Shown here piece by piece: positions 62,077 to 64,000 of a DNA stretch of 64,000 nucleotides. A program made the translations under genes and the position numbers. Positions within the stretch are counted from its first letter, which is position 1, and every line of letters begins with the position of its first letter. Source of the DNA: Chloroflexota bacterium (GTDB lineage Bacteria > Chloroflexota > Limnocylindria > Limnocylindrales > CSP1-4); contig JBHORC010000016.1 of the NCBI GenBank assembly GCA_042408445.1, positions 13,012 through 77,011 on the forward strand. The letters run 5' to 3'. A model generated the notes under the pieces. That model was not told where the DNA came from and did not search any database. It was given only the letters and a program-made list of their open reading frames with translations.

Positions 62077-63213
62077 GTGAGCCCTGTTGTCATCGCGGAT
62101 CGTTTCGCGGCAGCGATCGTCCCCGGGGCGGCCGATCCGCGGCTTCTCGCCCTCCTCGTCGGCGGCGTCATCGCGGGACTCGTGCTGCTGGGTCGCGGGT
62201 TCAGCGGCTACCGCGCCGCCGGCCGGATCGGCGGCACGGCCCCATCGCGGATCAGCTCGATCGCGCTCGGCGAGGTGCTCGTGACCGGGACGGCCGAACC
62301 CATCGAGCTCACCCTCGTCTCGCCGCTCCAGAGCGCACCGTGCGTCTACTACCGGGCGCGCGTCGCGCAGACCGGCGACACCGAGCACGATGTCTTCCGC
62401 GAGGAGCGGGCGGTGGGGTTCCGCGTGCGCGACGAGAGCGGGACCGTCCGCGTCTTCCCCGGCCATGCGCGGTTCGATGTCCCGGAGCGCTTCGACGAGC
62501 GGGCGGGTCAATGGGGTGGTGACCCGGCCGGGCTGCTGCCGAGAACCGGCTCGGCATTCGGCCCCGGGCAGGATCGCGACGCCCAGATCGCCGCGCTGCT
62601 GACGGTTCGCGATCCGCGGGTGTCGGGTGGCGACGGGACTCCCTGGGCGAACAGTGGCGGCCTTTCGGCCGGTCTGTCGCTCGCCGGGACGGGCGGAGGC
62701 CGCCGATACATGGAGGCAAGGATCGAGCCAGGCGACGTCGTGACGGTGCTCGGCACGGTCGTCCCGTTCTCTGACGTCGCCGACCCGACCGCGGCGAACA
62801 TCCTCGACGGGAGCGCGGTGACCGCGGACGACCCCGAGATCGCGGCGGACCTGGCGGCAGCGCGCGGAGCGGGCGTCCTCGTCGGGACCGCGAGCGAGGC
62901 GTGGGGCAACGCGGCGATCGAGGGCTTCGGGATCGGTCGGCCCGTTCGCGCTCCCGAGCTCGATCCCGGGGCAACCGCGCCGCCGCCGCCCGACCCGGCG
63001 CTCGCCCAGCGAGCCCGCGACGCATTCGAGATCGCCCCCGATGCGCTGGTCCTCGCCGCCGCCGAGGACGCACCCCTCCTGATCTCGTTCGGGGCGCCGA
63101 CCGCGATCGAGGCGCGCGAGCAGGGTCGGTTCCTGATCGGCCTCCTCGGCGCCGTCGTCTCGATCGCGTCGGCGATGACGCTCGCGGTCGTCCTGGGCGG
63201 AGGGCTTCGATGA
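62077..63213 (+). CDS. Membrane protein with N- and C-terminal TM anchors, GIDE-like (tentative)
   Basis: TM segments LLALLVGGVIAGLVLL and FLIGLLGAVVSIASAMTLAVVLG flank a ~300-aa soluble region. This topology is shared with bacterial GIDE-domain proteins, but the family call is weak. Confidence 0.5.
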   Translation: MSPVVIADRFAAAIVPGAADPRLLALLVGGVIAGLVLLGRGFSGYRAAGRIGGTAPSRISSIALGEVLVTGTAEPIELTLVSPLQSAPCVYYRARVAQTGDTEHDVFREERAVGFRVRDESGTVRVFPGHARFDVPERFDERAGQWGGDPAGLLPRTGSAFGPGQDRDAQIAALLTVRDPRVSGGDGTPWANSGGLSAGLSLAGTGGGRRYMEARIEPGDVVTVLGTVVPFSDVADPTAANILDGSAVTADDPEIAADLAAARGAGVLVGTASEAWGNAAIEGFGIGRPVRAPELDPGATAPPPPDPALAQRARDAFEIAPDALVLAAAEDAPLLISFGAPTAIEAREQGRFLIGLLGAVVSIASAMTLAVVLGGGLR

Positions 63214-63914
63214 CCCTGCCCGTCGCCGCCGCGGCGTTCGCGATCGGCCTCGTCGTCGCGATCATCCTGTTCCTCCTCGTCGCCACCTACAACGACGTCG
63301 TCGCCCTCGAGCGGCGGATCGACAAGGCGTTCGCGAACATCGAGGTCGTCCTGCAACAGCGTCACGACCAGCTCCCGGCGCTTGTTGACGCGGTTCGCGG
63401 TCTCATGGCGTTCGAACGCGACGTGCTGACGCGGGTCACGCTGGCCCGCTCGGCGTTCTCGACGGAGGCTCCCATCGCCGTGCAGGCCGCGACCGCAGCC
63501 GAGACGACCGGGGCGATCCGCTCGCTGTTCGCGACGGTCGAGCGGTATCCCGAGGTCAGGTCGGCGGAGAACGTCCTCGCACTCCAGGCGGAGATCGAGC
63601 GGCTGGAGGCGATGATCGCGGACCGGCGCGAGCTCTACAACGATCAGGTGTTCCGGCTGAACTCGCGGATCGGCCAGGTGCCTGGGGTCTTCATCGCCGC
63701 CCTGTTCGGGTGGCGGACGCGCCCGTTCTTCGATGCCGGGCCGGTCGCCGACGTTCCGCCCGTCACGACCCTCGCGGCCGAGGAGGATGCCGACGACCTG
63801 GACGACGACGCCGGCTCGGAGCCCGTGGCGGGTCTCGACGATGTCGCGGTGCCGGGAGACCGGGACGCCCCCGCGCGGTCTGGCGGGTCAGGGACGACCC
63901 CGCCCGAGGCGTGA
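63210..63914 (+). CDS. lemA: LemA family protein
   Basis: N-terminal TM segment plus LemA core (YNDVVALERRIDKAFANIEVVLQQRHDQLPALV...YPEVRSAENVLALQAEIERLE). The start is ATG 63210, forming an ATGA overlap with the previous gene; the track ORF N-terminus from 62901 is rejected. Confidence 0.8.
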   Translation: MTLPVAAAAFAIGLVVAIILFLLVATYNDVVALERRIDKAFANIEVVLQQRHDQLPALVDAVRGLMAFERDVLTRVTLARSAFSTEAPIAVQAATAAETTGAIRSLFATVERYPEVRSAENVLALQAEIERLEAMIADRRELYNDQVFRLNSRIGQVPGVFIAALFGWRTRPFFDAGPVADVPPVTTLAAEEDADDLDDDAGSEPVAGLDDVAVPGDRDAPARSGGSGTTPPEA

Positions 63915-64000
63915 GCTCGGTCGGCCCTTCTCCGACGCGGCTCGTGCTCGCCCGGCACGGCGAGACGGAATGGTCGCGATCCGGCCAGCACACCGGTCGG
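63911..64000 (+). CDS. Histidine phosphatase (phosphoglycerate mutase family) protein, 5' end only
   Basis: LVLARHGETEWSRSGQHTGR is the RHGE catalytic-His motif of branch-1 histidine phosphatases. GTG 63911 overlaps the lemA stop (GTGA); GTG 63944 is an alternative start. The gene runs off the window. Confidence 0.5.
   Translation, partial: MSSVGPSPTRLVLARHGETEWSRSGQHTGR

Overview
This is a high-GC (~70%) bacterial chromosomal window with tightly packed genes, many of them translationally coupled through ATGA/GTGA overlaps. GTG and TTG starts are common, and the ORF track also contains many long antisense 'shadow' ORFs. Gene content is core housekeeping, in left-to-right order. An oligopeptide-type ABC substrate-binding lipoprotein gene runs off the window start. 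There are three ECF sigma/anti-sigma modules, two of whose anti-sigma proteins carry beta-propeller domains. A complete glycine-cleavage operon (gcvT-H-PA-PB) and aconitase are present. A tRNA-Val(CAC) is flanked by a 13-bp direct repeat that brackets a ~1.9 kb islet carrying a carboxylesterase gene and a methyltransferase gene remnant. A long division/cell-wall (dcw) cluster lies on the minus strand: mraZ-rsmH-ftsL-ftsI-murF-mraY-murD-ftsW-murG-murB-ddl-ftsQ-sbp(DUF1290)-ftsA-2 inserted genes-ftsZ-yggS ... yggT-DUF167. It lacks murE and murC. RNase P RNA (rnpB) was found by sequence and is absent from the ORF track. Further right are sdhCDAB, an NAD-type isocitrate dehydrogenase, sucCD, and a propionyl-CoA to succinyl-CoA module (acyl-CoA carboxylase beta subunit, biotin carboxylase, BCCP, methylmalonyl-CoA mutase catalytic subunit, epimerase). 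Then come parAB, a HAD-PlsC fusion, a GIDE-like protein with LemA, and the start of a histidine phosphatase. The most unusual non-coding signals are a thrice-repeated 18-20 bp palindrome (GTCYTTGCGCAARGAC) embedded in frame in three different genes around parAB, and a pair of DnaA boxes in the AT-rich pccB-parA intergenic region. No CRISPR array, transposase or integrase was seen. Coordinates derived from the ORF track by residue counting are exact. Coordinates read directly from the sequence lines may be off by 1-2 nt.
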